Virus record (IMG/VR): IMGVR_UViG_3300014208_000068
Span: 1 to 43,916 of that record
Direction: 5' to 3' (one strand)
DNA length: 43,916 bases
From: a virus
Lineage: Duplodnaviria > Caudoviricetes
The notes under the pieces are model-generated. The model made no database searches, was not told where the DNA came from, and saw only the letters and a list, made by a program, of their open reading frames with translations. Every line of letters starts with the position of its first letter. Position 1 is the first letter of the stretch. Below are positions 17,373-25,345 of the stretch, one piece after another. The translations under genes were made by a program, and so were the position numbers.

Positions 17373-17980
17373 TGGCTGGGCACCGACAGGGATACGGGAG
17401 GGGGAAGCAGCGGAGCCCGACGAAGCTCTCCGCGGCCGAAACAGAGCCATTGGAGTCGCCGAAGGCGGCGGGGGAGAGCACCCCGTTGGGTGAGACGAGG
17501 AAGAAACACGGCGGTGGAAGGCCGAGGAAGGCATCGGGGGAGTGGGGGAAGGTCTGGTTGGAGGCGTTCCGTCGCTCGGGGAACGTGAAGTTCGCCTGCG
17601 AGGCATCGGGGGTCAGCCGGAGTTGCTACTACGGGTGGCTGGAGTCCAGCCCGGAGTTTGCCGCCTCCGTCGAGGTTGCCAGGGTTGAAGCCATCGAGTC
17701 TCTCGAGATTGAGGCCTGGCGCCGGGCCAAGCATCCAACCCAGCCCAGTGACCGACTTCTAATGTTCCTGTTGGAAGCCAACGCCCCCGCCAAGTACCAG
17801 CGTCGAGACCGATTGGAAGTCTCGGGGCCCGGAGGAGGGCCAATCCAGACCGCCGGGGTGCAGGTCACGGTGACGGAGGAGAGGTTGCGGGCATTGCAGG
17901 CCGACCCGAAGGGGGCGGAGCTGCTCAAGGCCCTGGCGTTCCGGGATGCTGAGTTGATGTCGAGGGAGGGCGGGGAGTGA
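17372..17980 (+). CDS. terS: Terminase small subunit (HTH type)
   Basis: WLEAFRRSGNVKFACEASGVSRSCYYGW...SDRLLMFLL...RLEVSGPGGGPIQT; upstream of TerL. Confidence 0.8.
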   Translation: MAGHRQGYGRGKQRSPTKLSAAETEPLESPKAAGESTPLGETRKKHGGGRPRKASGEWGKVWLEAFRRSGNVKFACEASGVSRSCYYGWLESSPEFAASVEVARVEAIESLEIEAWRRAKHPTQPSDRLLMFLLEANAPAKYQRRDRLEVSGPGGGPIQTAGVQVTVTEERLRALQADPKGAELLKALAFRDAELMSREGGE

Positions 17981-18462
17981 ATAGGTCGGGCGACATATCC
18001 AGGAAAATCTACGACGGGCTCTGCTCGCAGTACGAGTTGGCGACGGTCGTAATGTGGGCCATGCAATCTTGCGAGGAGGGGCAAGAGGGACCGACCGCAG
18101 TAGCTCTAGCGTCCGAGCTGATGGGTCTGGGCTACGGGCGGGATGTTGTGCGTGAGGCTATTCGGTGTGGCAGCGTCTTGCTTGGTGGCAATCCCGTCGC
18201 CGAGATTGATGGCAACGATTTCGTCCCGAGCCAGGCGAGTCCTGGCATTGCGGACACGAAGAGAACGAAGATGGAAACAGACCCTGTGATCCTGAAGTTC
18301 TTTGCCTACTCTCATCTCCCGCAGCGGTTGCAGGCCGCGTCGGAGCCGTTCGCGGTGTTGGCTCGACACATCGTCGACACGTTGCCCGATGGAGCCGAGC
18401 GGGCCGTCGCGTTGCGGAAGCTGCTCGAGTCGAAGGACGCCGCAGTCCGGGCGGCGCTGTGA
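17977..18462 (+). CDS. Hypothetical protein with a C-terminal conserved phage helical-hairpin domain (possibly separately initiated at 18271)
   Basis: FFAYSHLPQRLQAASEPF...LPDGAERAVALRKLLESKDAAVRA. Confidence 0.7.
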   Translation: MNRSGDISRKIYDGLCSQYELATVVMWAMQSCEEGQEGPTAVALASELMGLGYGRDVVREAIRCGSVLLGGNPVAEIDGNDFVPSQASPGIADTKRTKMETDPVILKFFAYSHLPQRLQAASEPFAVLARHIVDTLPDGAERAVALRKLLESKDAAVRAAL

Positions 18463-18464
18463 TG

Positions 18465-18724
18465 TGTGGGGGTGGCGACAAACCCCAATCCCTGGCGTTC
18501 ACACCTTGCCGCCAGGGGGACCTCAGAGATTCGCCGCCGGTCGAGTCGATTTGTCGCAACCGGCAATCATCGAGACGAGGCAATCAGGAATGCCGATTAC
18601 ACGCACGAGGATAGCCCTAGAATGCATTTGGCAGTGTGTACCCCTAGAGAGGGGTGGGGTATGGCTGGAATGCGGGAAAAGGGCCTTTCCGTGCGTCCAT
18701 TGCGATTTGCCCGCCGTTACTTGA
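18465..18724 (+). CDS. Small Cys-rich hypothetical protein
   Basis: Fills the operon gap; C-terminal C...CVHC; start uncertain. Confidence 0.4.
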
Positions 18725-18754
18725 CGTGCGGGCCTTTGTTCATAGGGGAAGAGG

Positions 18755-19219
18755 ATGGAAGAAGGAATGACTGAGAGGGAAGTGATTCTGGAGTTGGAGG
18801 CCGAGAGGGAAGCGCTGAGGATCAGGGCTGTCCAGGGCGAGGTCAACGCGAGGGAATGGAGACAGCATAACGACCGCCTCGTCATCGAGCTCGACAACGA
18901 GAGGAAGGCGCGAGGGAAGGCCGAAGCGGAAGTGCAGCGCCTGATGCTCCTGCCTCCATCGGTGCGGCCGGCTGTCGACCCGTCTCGGGCGCCGGCATTG
19001 CCATCTTTCCCGGCGATGCCGCCCGGAGCGTCTTCCTCCCAGGTGCTGTCTCTGGGTGAGACAAGGGACCCCAACAAGTGGGCCATTATCTGGGAGCCCG
19101 GCAAGATGACGATCCGCTGCGGCATCGAGACGCTTCCCATTGGCATGATGTACTTCTTCCAGCGCATCAAGCCACTCGTGCAATGCATCGAAGCCGAGTC
19201 GTTCACCGGGGACGAGTAA
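18755..19219 (+). CDS. Hypothetical coiled-coil protein
   Basis: ORF with RBS; start may be a few codons later. Confidence 0.65.
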   Translation: MEEGMTEREVILELEAEREALRIRAVQGEVNAREWRQHNDRLVIELDNERKARGKAEAEVQRLMLLPPSVRPAVDPSRAPALPSFPAMPPGASSSQVLSLGETRDPNKWAIIWEPGKMTIRCGIETLPIGMMYFFQRIKPLVQCIEAESFTGDE

Positions 19220-19225
19220 CAAGAC

Positions 19226-19450
19226 ATGGGCCGCGTTGACGGCCCTTTGATTCGAGGATGGGCGATGACGGACGAGAGGCGGGGGGAGATTATCGTGCGA
19301 GCCAAGCTGGCACTACGGAACTACGGGGAGGATGGGTTGATTCCGATGCTCGCCATCGAGGTGCTTGAACTGCTCGGGATAAGGCCGGTGAAGGATACGA
19401 GCGACAAGAAATATCCGTGGGGATGGCTATTCGAGGAGGATGGGCGATGA
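19226..19450 (+). CDS. Small hypothetical protein
   Basis: Coupled to the next gene by an ATGA overlap. Confidence 0.55.
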   Translation: MGRVDGPLIRGWAMTDERRGEIIVRAKLALRNYGEDGLIPMLAIEVLELLGIRPVKDTSDKKYPWGWLFEEDGR

Positions 19451-19758
19451 TGACGAGGGAGAGATTCGAGGAAATCAAGGACAGGGCGAAGGCCGTTCTT
19501 ATGTCCGGCAAGCCCGGAACCGATGGGCCCGCGTTGGCTGGGGATGTTGCCTCGCTCGTGTTCGAGGTGGAGGCGCTCGTGTCCGCCCTCACATCCGAGC
19601 GAGCCAGGGCCGATGCTCTCGAGACCGCGAGAGATGCGGTACCCCCGACACCAAAGGAGCCGCGCGAGTTCCTGGACCGAGCCATCGGGGCCGCGCAGAC
19701 AACGAGCGATTGGCTTGCGATTATCTATTCCGTCGAGGCGTACAAGGGGAAGCTGTGA
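19447..19758 (+). CDS. Hypothetical protein
   Basis: GAGGAGG RBS; ATGA overlap. Confidence 0.6.
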   Translation: MMTRERFEEIKDRAKAVLMSGKPGTDGPALAGDVASLVFEVEALVSALTSERARADALETARDAVPPTPKEPREFLDRAIGAAQTTSDWLAIIYSVEAYKGKL

Positions 19759-20177
19759 CCGAGAGCATCGAGAGACTGAAGCTGCTTGCGGCCGAGGGTG
19801 ACCTTTTGGCGGAGTGCGAGTTGGATCGTGACATGGTTTGTCATGGGGTGGTGTTGTCGGGATGGTACACGTTCGGATTCGGCAACGTCGCACACATGAT
19901 CCATCTTCCCGTCACGGGGAAGCGTTGCCCTGCGGTGGTGAGGTTGATGCTGGGAAAGGAATCTCGTGATATTCACCCGGCTGGTTTCCCCTCGTCGGCC
20001 GAACTTATCGCGGCGGCGTTGAGTCCTTTGATTCCCTTGCCGGCACCACTATCCCGCGCCCGCCATTGCCGACGATGCGTGCGGGCATTCGTGATTGGGC
20101 CTGATCCGGCCGGAAGAAAAAAACTGCTGGCCAGAATGAAGCGAGAGTGTCCGCCAATTCTTGGGGAGCAATACTGA
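19755..20177 (+). CDS. Hypothetical protein (CxxC near C-terminus)
   Basis: GTGA overlap upstream; TGATG overlap with TerL. Confidence 0.6.
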   Translation: MTESIERLKLLAAEGDLLAECELDRDMVCHGVVLSGWYTFGFGNVAHMIHLPVTGKRCPAVVRLMLGKESRDIHPAGFPSSAELIAAALSPLIPLPAPLSRARHCRRCVRAFVIGPDPAGRKKLLARMKRECPPILGEQY

Positions 20178-21529
20178 TGGGCGGCGCCGGCTATTGGATG
20201 GCTCGCCCGGATACCTTCGCCATGGTCGAGAGCAGGGGCCGATGGCGATCCGCTCGTCACCTGACCTACCTCGTTGACGAGCTTCTCCCGCAGTTGTTGG
20301 CTGGCAACTGCTTCGCCATCGTCAACATGCCACCTCGACACGGCAAGTCCGAGCTGCTCTCGTTCTGGCTCTGTGCTTGGCTTCTCCGCCAAGACCCATC
20401 GAAGCGCATTATGCTCGCCAGCTACGAGGCCGGCCTGGCGATGGATTGGTCAAGGAAGGTCCGGGACACGGTCTACCACCTCAAGGGGGACAGCCAGGCC
20501 GTCCAACACTGGGAGACCCCGCAGGGTGGGGGGATGACCACCAGTGGCATCGGCGGCACCTTCACTGGTCGCGGCGCGGACTTGCTCATCTGCGACGACC
20601 CGCACAAAAACTGGGAGGATGCGGTATCGGAGAGAAAGCAAGAGTCGCTCAAGTACTGGTGGGAGAGCACCTTCTGGACAAGGCGCGAGCCCGGCGCATC
20701 GGTCCTCGTCGTTCAAACCCGCTGGTGCGATGGCGACTTGACCGACTGGCTCTTGAAGGAGGCCAAGGTTCCGTGGCGACACATCGTGCTCCGGGCCGAA
20801 GCCGAGGGTGACGACCCCATCGGGCGCCGTCCAGGTGAGCCCCTCTGGCCGGAGAGGTGGCCCCTGTCCGAGCTCGAGATAATCCGCCGGGGCAAGCACG
20901 GCGGGCGCCTCTATCGGGGCATCTACCAGCAGATCCCGGAGCTCGGGGGAGGGAACATCTGGCGCGAGGGATGGTGGAAATCCTGGCGCGGGTTCGAGAC
21001 CACCGGGGACGAGGCATCCTGGACACCGGAGCTTGTCCCTCACCCCTTCTACGCGGAGTGGATTCAGTCATGGGACATGTCGTTCAAGGACACCAGCGAG
21101 GGAAGTTTCGTCGTTGGTCAGTTGTGGGCCCGCAAGGGCTCGTGTTGCTACCTTGTCGAGCAGGTGCGGGGCCGATGGAGCTTCATCCAGACCATCGAAG
21201 CCGTCCGGGCAATGAGCAACCGTCACCCGCACGCTGTCCTCAAGCTGGTGGAGGACAAGGCCAATGGCCCCGCCATCATGAGCCAGCTTGGGCGCGAGGT
21301 CGCAGGCTTCGTCCCTGTCGAGCCCTACGGGAGCAAGGTCTCCCGGGCGATGGCCGTCTCTCCCACAATCGAGGCGGGGAACGTGTACCTCCCGAGCCAT
21401 GCGGATTGGCTCGATGCCTTCCTGCTCGAAGCCGGCCGCTTCCCGAATGCGAGCAACGACGACCAGGTTGACGCCACAAGCCAAGCCCTGTCACGATTCC
21501 TCGCGTCCTCTGGGGCGCTCTTCTTCTGA
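20177..21529 (+). CDS. terL: Terminase large subunit
   Basis: NMPPRHGKSEL Walker A, LLICDDP Walker B, VQTRW, YQQ.P, QSWDMSFK, VEDKANG, NDDQVDATSQAL. Confidence 0.96.
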   Translation: MGGAGYWMARPDTFAMVESRGRWRSARHLTYLVDELLPQLLAGNCFAIVNMPPRHGKSELLSFWLCAWLLRQDPSKRIMLASYEAGLAMDWSRKVRDTVYHLKGDSQAVQHWETPQGGGMTTSGIGGTFTGRGADLLICDDPHKNWEDAVSERKQESLKYWWESTFWTRREPGASVLVVQTRWCDGDLTDWLLKEAKVPWRHIVLRAEAEGDDPIGRRPGEPLWPERWPLSELEIIRRGKHGGRLYRGIYQQIPELGGGNIWREGWWKSWRGFETTGDEASWTPELVPHPFYAEWIQSWDMSFKDTSEGSFVVGQLWARKGSCCYLVEQVRGRWSFIQTIEAVRAMSNRHPHAVLKLVEDKANGPAIMSQLGREVAGFVPVEPYGSKVSRAMAVSPTIEAGNVYLPSHADWLDAFLLEAGRFPNASNDDQVDATSQALSRFLASSGALFF

Positions 21530-21535
21530 GGCAGC

Positions 21536-22105
21536 ATGAAGATCCATAAGGTACCCATCTCCTCCCTGACATCCGACCCACGGAACGCCCGCCAGCACGG
21601 GCAACGCAACCTCGCCGTGCTGCGCTCATCCCTGACCCGCTTCGGACAACGCCGCCCGGTCGTTGTCGTCAAGTCCACGCGTCGAGTCATCGCAGGCAAC
21701 GGGCTGTTGCGGGCAGCGACGGATCTGGGGTGGGAGAGCATCGAGGCGATCTTCGTCGAGGACAACGAGTCAGAAGCGAAGGCTTTCGCCCTGGTCGACA
21801 ACCGCAGCGCCGAGCTGTCACTATGGGATGACGTGGAGCTTGGGGAGCAATTGGCCGAGTTGCGTGGCGGGGATTGGCCAGTCGAGGATCTGGGATGGTC
21901 CAGGGCCGACTATGACGCGCTGTGCAAGTCCGAGGAAGACCCACTTCCTCCCGAGGATGACATGGACATGCCCGACCGCGACAAGCCGATCATGGTGAAG
22001 CTCGCCATCCCGGCCGAAGTCTGGACGGTGAAGAAAGACGAGATTGACAAGGCCCTGTCCAGGTTCTGCAAGGTGTTCTCGTCAACCAAGACGGTGAAGG
22101 CATGA
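21536..22105 (+). CDS. ParB/Srx N-terminal domain protein
   Basis: DPRNARQH...SLTRFGQRRPVVV...VIAGNGLLRAA...ALVDNRSAELSLWD. Confidence 0.88.
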   Translation: MKIHKVPISSLTSDPRNARQHGQRNLAVLRSSLTRFGQRRPVVVVKSTRRVIAGNGLLRAATDLGWESIEAIFVEDNESEAKAFALVDNRSAELSLWDDVELGEQLAELRGGDWPVEDLGWSRADYDALCKSEEDPLPPEDDMDMPDRDKPIMVKLAIPAEVWTVKKDEIDKALSRFCKVFSSTKTVKA

Positions 22106-23421
22106 AGATCGGCACGACACAGCTCGGCTACGAGGCAACCAACTCCTACGGGATGCACTCTGCGTTGCGAGACTTGCCTGGGCTCGTCAACGTGAGTGAG
22201 AAGACAGCCAAGGCCTGCGACGTGTTGCTCGTCTCTCTGTTCTGGTGGTTGCACGTCTGGGAGTTGCCACAGTGGCTCAGGCGGGCCGGAATCCTGCGCC
22301 CCGATGGCTCGAGAGTGGGGCCGAAAATCTACGTCGGCGGGTTCCAGACCTTCAACCCACTCCCGATCCTGCCCTACGTCGATGGCGTTCTCGTTGGCGA
22401 CGGCGAGGGAATCCGCAGCATCGAGGACCTGCAATCCCTTTGCTACACGGGGGAAGGGTCGGTCGACTATCGCTCGGTGAACCCGGTGCCCTCGTTCTCG
22501 CACCGAGTCCGCACGGGCACCCGCATCGAGATTGCCCGAGGATGCAAGCGCCGCTGTGCATTCTGTGCGGTGTCGCATCTGAAGCCATATCGCGAGGTGG
22601 ACTTTGACGAGGTCAAGCGTCACGTTCGCGAGTCGAGCGGGCCCGTGATGTTGTTCGCCCCAAGCACGTCGCAATACTCCAGGAAGGACGAGCTCGAGGA
22701 CTTGATTGCCAAGCTCGGCATCGTGCGGGCTGACACGGATGTCTGTTTCGAGGAGCTTGGGAAGCGAGAGCGAGGATGGGCGCAGAGGTTCGGGCTCGAT
22801 GGGCTATCAGAGAAGCTGCGCAAGTCGGTCAACAAGCCACTGAAAAACAAGGCCCTCGTTGACCGCGTGGCCGAGATGCTCTCAGCGAAGGGACGACTTG
22901 CTCTGTACTACTACCTGATCGTCGACCTTCCTGGAGAATGGCAAGACGACTGGGATGAATACCGCGAGATGGTACTTGCTCTGTGCCATCTTCCTGGGGC
23001 AGAGGGGTTGCACGTCAACCCGATCTGCTCGGCGTTCATGCCGATCCCGCACACCAAGCTGGAGGGGGCCGGGATCAACCTGGACTTCCCGATTGTCGAG
23101 CGTCTCCGTCTGGCCTACGCCAACACGCCGAACGCCGCAATCGTCCACCGATTGCACCGCGTCTTGGCCTTCCATCCCGTCTCGCGCCTGCTCTCGATGA
23201 TTGCCGTCCGAGCTGGGCCGGAGTTCGTCGAGATAGAGGCCGCTGCGCACGCCGCTAGGCTCGTTTGGTGGGGTACGGAGGGGCTGGAGTATGCTCGGAG
23301 CCTGACGCGCTGGGAGAGGCTCCTACGGCCCTGGGGCGGAGTCGAGCGCTACTGTGGTCCCCGGGAGGTCGGGGACATGCCCTGGAAGTGCGTTCGCGCC
23401 TATTCCGCGGGCTTGCTCTGA
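22102..23421 (+). CDS. Radical SAM enzyme with N-terminal B12-binding-like region
   Basis: IEIARGCKRRCAFC (CxxxCxxC, 22543-22566); upstream IYVGG...NPLP...DGVLVGDGE; SEKLRKSVNK. Confidence 0.88.
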   Translation: MKIGTTQLGYEATNSYGMHSALRDLPGLVNVSEKTAKACDVLLVSLFWWLHVWELPQWLRRAGILRPDGSRVGPKIYVGGFQTFNPLPILPYVDGVLVGDGEGIRSIEDLQSLCYTGEGSVDYRSVNPVPSFSHRVRTGTRIEIARGCKRRCAFCAVSHLKPYREVDFDEVKRHVRESSGPVMLFAPSTSQYSRKDELEDLIAKLGIVRADTDVCFEELGKRERGWAQRFGLDGLSEKLRKSVNKPLKNKALVDRVAEMLSAKGRLALYYYLIVDLPGEWQDDWDEYREMVLALCHLPGAEGLHVNPICSAFMPIPHTKLEGAGINLDFPIVERLRLAYANTPNAAIVHRLHRVLAFHPVSRLLSMIAVRAGPEFVEIEAAAHAARLVWWGTEGLEYARSLTRWERLLRPWGGVERYCGPREVGDMPWKCVRAYSAGLL

Positions 23422-23603
23422 TTCGCGTCGCGGGCCATCGCCTCGTCGACGCAGGCCCGGATGATTCCGGGCAGGCGAGCCATCCCGGCCTTGATGGCGG
23501 CGATCTTGAGCCACTCGGCTTGCTCGTCGGAGAAGCCGCACTGCACGAGGTGGGTGTAGCGGCGCCCGGTGGGGCGGCCCCGTTTGCGGGGTGTGTCAGC
23601 CAT
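23400..23603 (-). CDS. Small ribbon-helix-helix-like DNA-binding protein with RKRGRP motif
   Basis: RKRGRP, a short beta strand, then two helices (FSDEQAEWLKIAA...IIRACVDEAM). Confidence 0.65.
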   Translation of the reverse strand: MADTPRKRGRPTGRRYTHLVQCGFSDEQAEWLKIAAIKAGMARLPGIIRACVDEAMARDANQSKPAE

Positions 23604-23874
23604 TGGTGGTCTCCAGTTCGCACTCAGGGCTGAATACGAGGCGGCGCGACCCGAATCCGTAGGGGAGTCCGTCGACGAGGAAGATGTGCCTCCCGTCGCG
23701 CCACTTGGCCTTGCGGGCTTCCTTGTCGGAAATCCACAGGCAATCGGTCATTCGGCCAGTTCCGTCGAAGATGCGCTGCGCCTCAGAGTCCTGCCACGCC
23801 GAGAGGGCCTTGCGGTCCTTGCCGTGTCGCCACTTGAATTCGCTGCTTCCGGGGAGTCCTACTGTCGCTACCAT
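23596..23874 (-). CDS. Small hypothetical protein (cassette)
   Basis: AGGAGCAC RBS. Confidence 0.65.
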   Translation of the reverse strand: MVATVGLPGSSEFKWRHGKDRKALSAWQDSEAQRIFDGTGRMTDCLWISDKEARKAKWRDGRHIFLVDGLPYGFGSRRLVFSPECELETTNG

Positions 23875-23925
23875 GTTCGTGCTCCTTCTCGTTACGCCCC
23901 CTCGCCGGGGGCGGGGTTGGGTGGG

Positions 23926-24156
23926 CTATTCGTCGTCGCCGCGGCCATCTTCCCAGTCGACCATGGTGCGGGCCTCGGTCGAGAGGCTGTCGAGCGCTGA
24001 CATGATGCTCTTAGGCACCTTCCTGCCAGCCCAGTATCCGAGGTCGATGAGCACGTTGTTCCCTGCGGCCCGGGCGTCGATGATGTCGCAGGTGGGGTCA
24101 GCGACGATGCGGGCGAGGCGGGAGATTCCGGCGAGCGTGATGGTGATGGCGTTCAT
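23926..24156 (-). CDS. Small hypothetical protein (cassette)
   Basis: AGGAGCACACACC-ATG leader. Confidence 0.65.
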   Translation of the reverse strand: MNAITITLAGISRLARIVADPTCDIIDARAAGNNVLIDLGYWAGRKVPKSIMSALDSLSTEARTMVDWEDGRGDDE

Positions 24157-24533
24157 GGTGTGTGCTCCTCGAAGGCCCGGCGGCGAGCCGGGCGTGGTGT
24201 GGTGGTCAGCGTGTGAGCGGGAGGGGGATGGCGTAGGGGCTGAGGTTGGAGCGCTCTCGGGCGGCGGCATCCTTGCGCAGGCGCTTCGTCATCGCCTCGA
24301 GTTCGGCTCGCTGCTGTGCCTCTGCGGCAATCAGGGCAGCGGCGGCGACAGTAGGCAGGGCGGCGCGGGCGGCCACGACCTCTCGACACTGGCATCCGTC
24401 GCAGAGCAGATGCAGGTGGAGGCTGGTTGCGACCTCGGAGGCGAGCTCGGCGATGATGGCGGGCTCGATGGCAGCGGCGAGAGCGACGAGGCTGGCGAGA
24501 GTGGCGCGATAGGCGTTCATGGTGTGTGCTCCT
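24148..24533 (-). repeat. 22-bp direct repeat AGGAGCACACACCATGAACGCC
   Basis: Exact copies at 24148-24169 and 24512-24533; partial copy (AGGAGCAC) at 23879-23886. Confidence 0.9.
24206..24520 (-). CDS. Small Ala-rich hypothetical protein with CxxCxC (cassette)
   Basis: AGGAGCACACACC-ATG leader. Confidence 0.65.
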   Translation of the reverse strand: MNAYRATLASLVALAAAIEPAIIAELASEVATSLHLHLLCDGCQCREVVAARAALPTVAAAALIAAEAQQRAELEAMTKRLRKDAAARERSNLSPYAIPLPLTR

Positions 24534-24567
24534 TTCGGGGTTGGGCCCCACCGAGTGGGGCTGGTGG

Positions 24568-24768
24568 TTAGCGGGTGCGGCTGACGATGAGGTCGAGAGC
24601 ATGCACGGCGCGCTCGACTTCCTGATCCGATGCGTTCGCGGCGTAAAGTGCCTTCAGGGCGGCGGTCGCCCGCTCAATCGCTCGCAGGGTCGAGGGGTCC
24701 GATCCGGTGCGCTGCAGGCGGGTCGCGATCTGATGGGCGGCGATTCGTGTTTCGAGCGTGGTGGCCAT
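24568..24768 (-). CDS. Small hypothetical protein (first gene of cassette operon)
   Basis: GGAG RBS; lies about 50 nt downstream of the promoter. Confidence 0.65.
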   Translation of the reverse strand: MATTLETRIAAHQIATRLQRTGSDPSTLRAIERATAALKALYAANASDQEVERAVHALDLIVSRTR

Positions 24769-24806
24769 GTCCGTCTCCGGGTCGCCAGGTGGCTCTATTG
24801 CCCCCC

Positions 24807-24845
24807 GACGAAAATCAATGTAATCCCCCCTGATATTTTCGTCAA
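24807..24845 (-). promoter_or_regulatory. sigma70-like promoter overlapped by a 9-bp inverted repeat (operator)
   Basis: TTGACG (24845-24840), 17 nt, TACATT (24822-24817); GACGAAAAT (24807-24815) / ATTTTCGTC (24835-24843). Confidence 0.75.
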
Positions 24846-24996
24846 TGAAAAAACGACAGGGGTGCAATCTTTTTTTCTATGCCCAGATTTTCCTCATCGC
24901 TGCCTTGGGTTTGACGCCGCCCCTCTGAGCGGGCAGGATTGTGCCCGGGCCTGCCCCTCTCTCCTCCTCTCGCGGCGGGCCCCATCAGGAGGCCCT

Positions 24997-25344
24997 GTGT
25001 CCGCTCTCCTTCGCTTGTGCCCCGCCTGTGACGCGCCCCTCTACGTCAGGGCCGGGGCCGACCGCTACGAGGTAGCCTGCTCGCGTTGCTCCTGGGCCCG
25101 TAGCGGCTCCGACTACCTCTCGGCCTGTGTGGGCGGGGCAGCTCTCGGAGGGGCCACAGAGGGCACGCCAGGGGCCGCCGTCGAGACCCCCGTGGTAGTC
25201 GACCGTATCGAGGGAGACGAGGGCGAATACACCCTGCTAGAGTACAGGGAGGGCGAGACATTCGACCTCCCCTCCTCGCTCGCTCCGACCGGGACGAGAG
25301 AGGGTGACCGGCTGATGATCCGCGTGTCGAAGGCGGGAGGTTGA
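24997..25344 (+). CDS. Zn-ribbon protein with DUF3006-like C-terminus
   Basis: AGGAGG RBS; CPAC...CSRC; VVDRIEG...LLE...LPSSLAP...REGD. Confidence 0.65.
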   Translation: MSALLRLCPACDAPLYVRAGADRYEVACSRCSWARSGSDYLSACVGGAALGGATEGTPGAAVETPVVVDRIEGDEGEYTLLEYREGETFDLPSSLAPTGTREGDRLMIRVSKAGG

Positions 25345-25345
25345 C

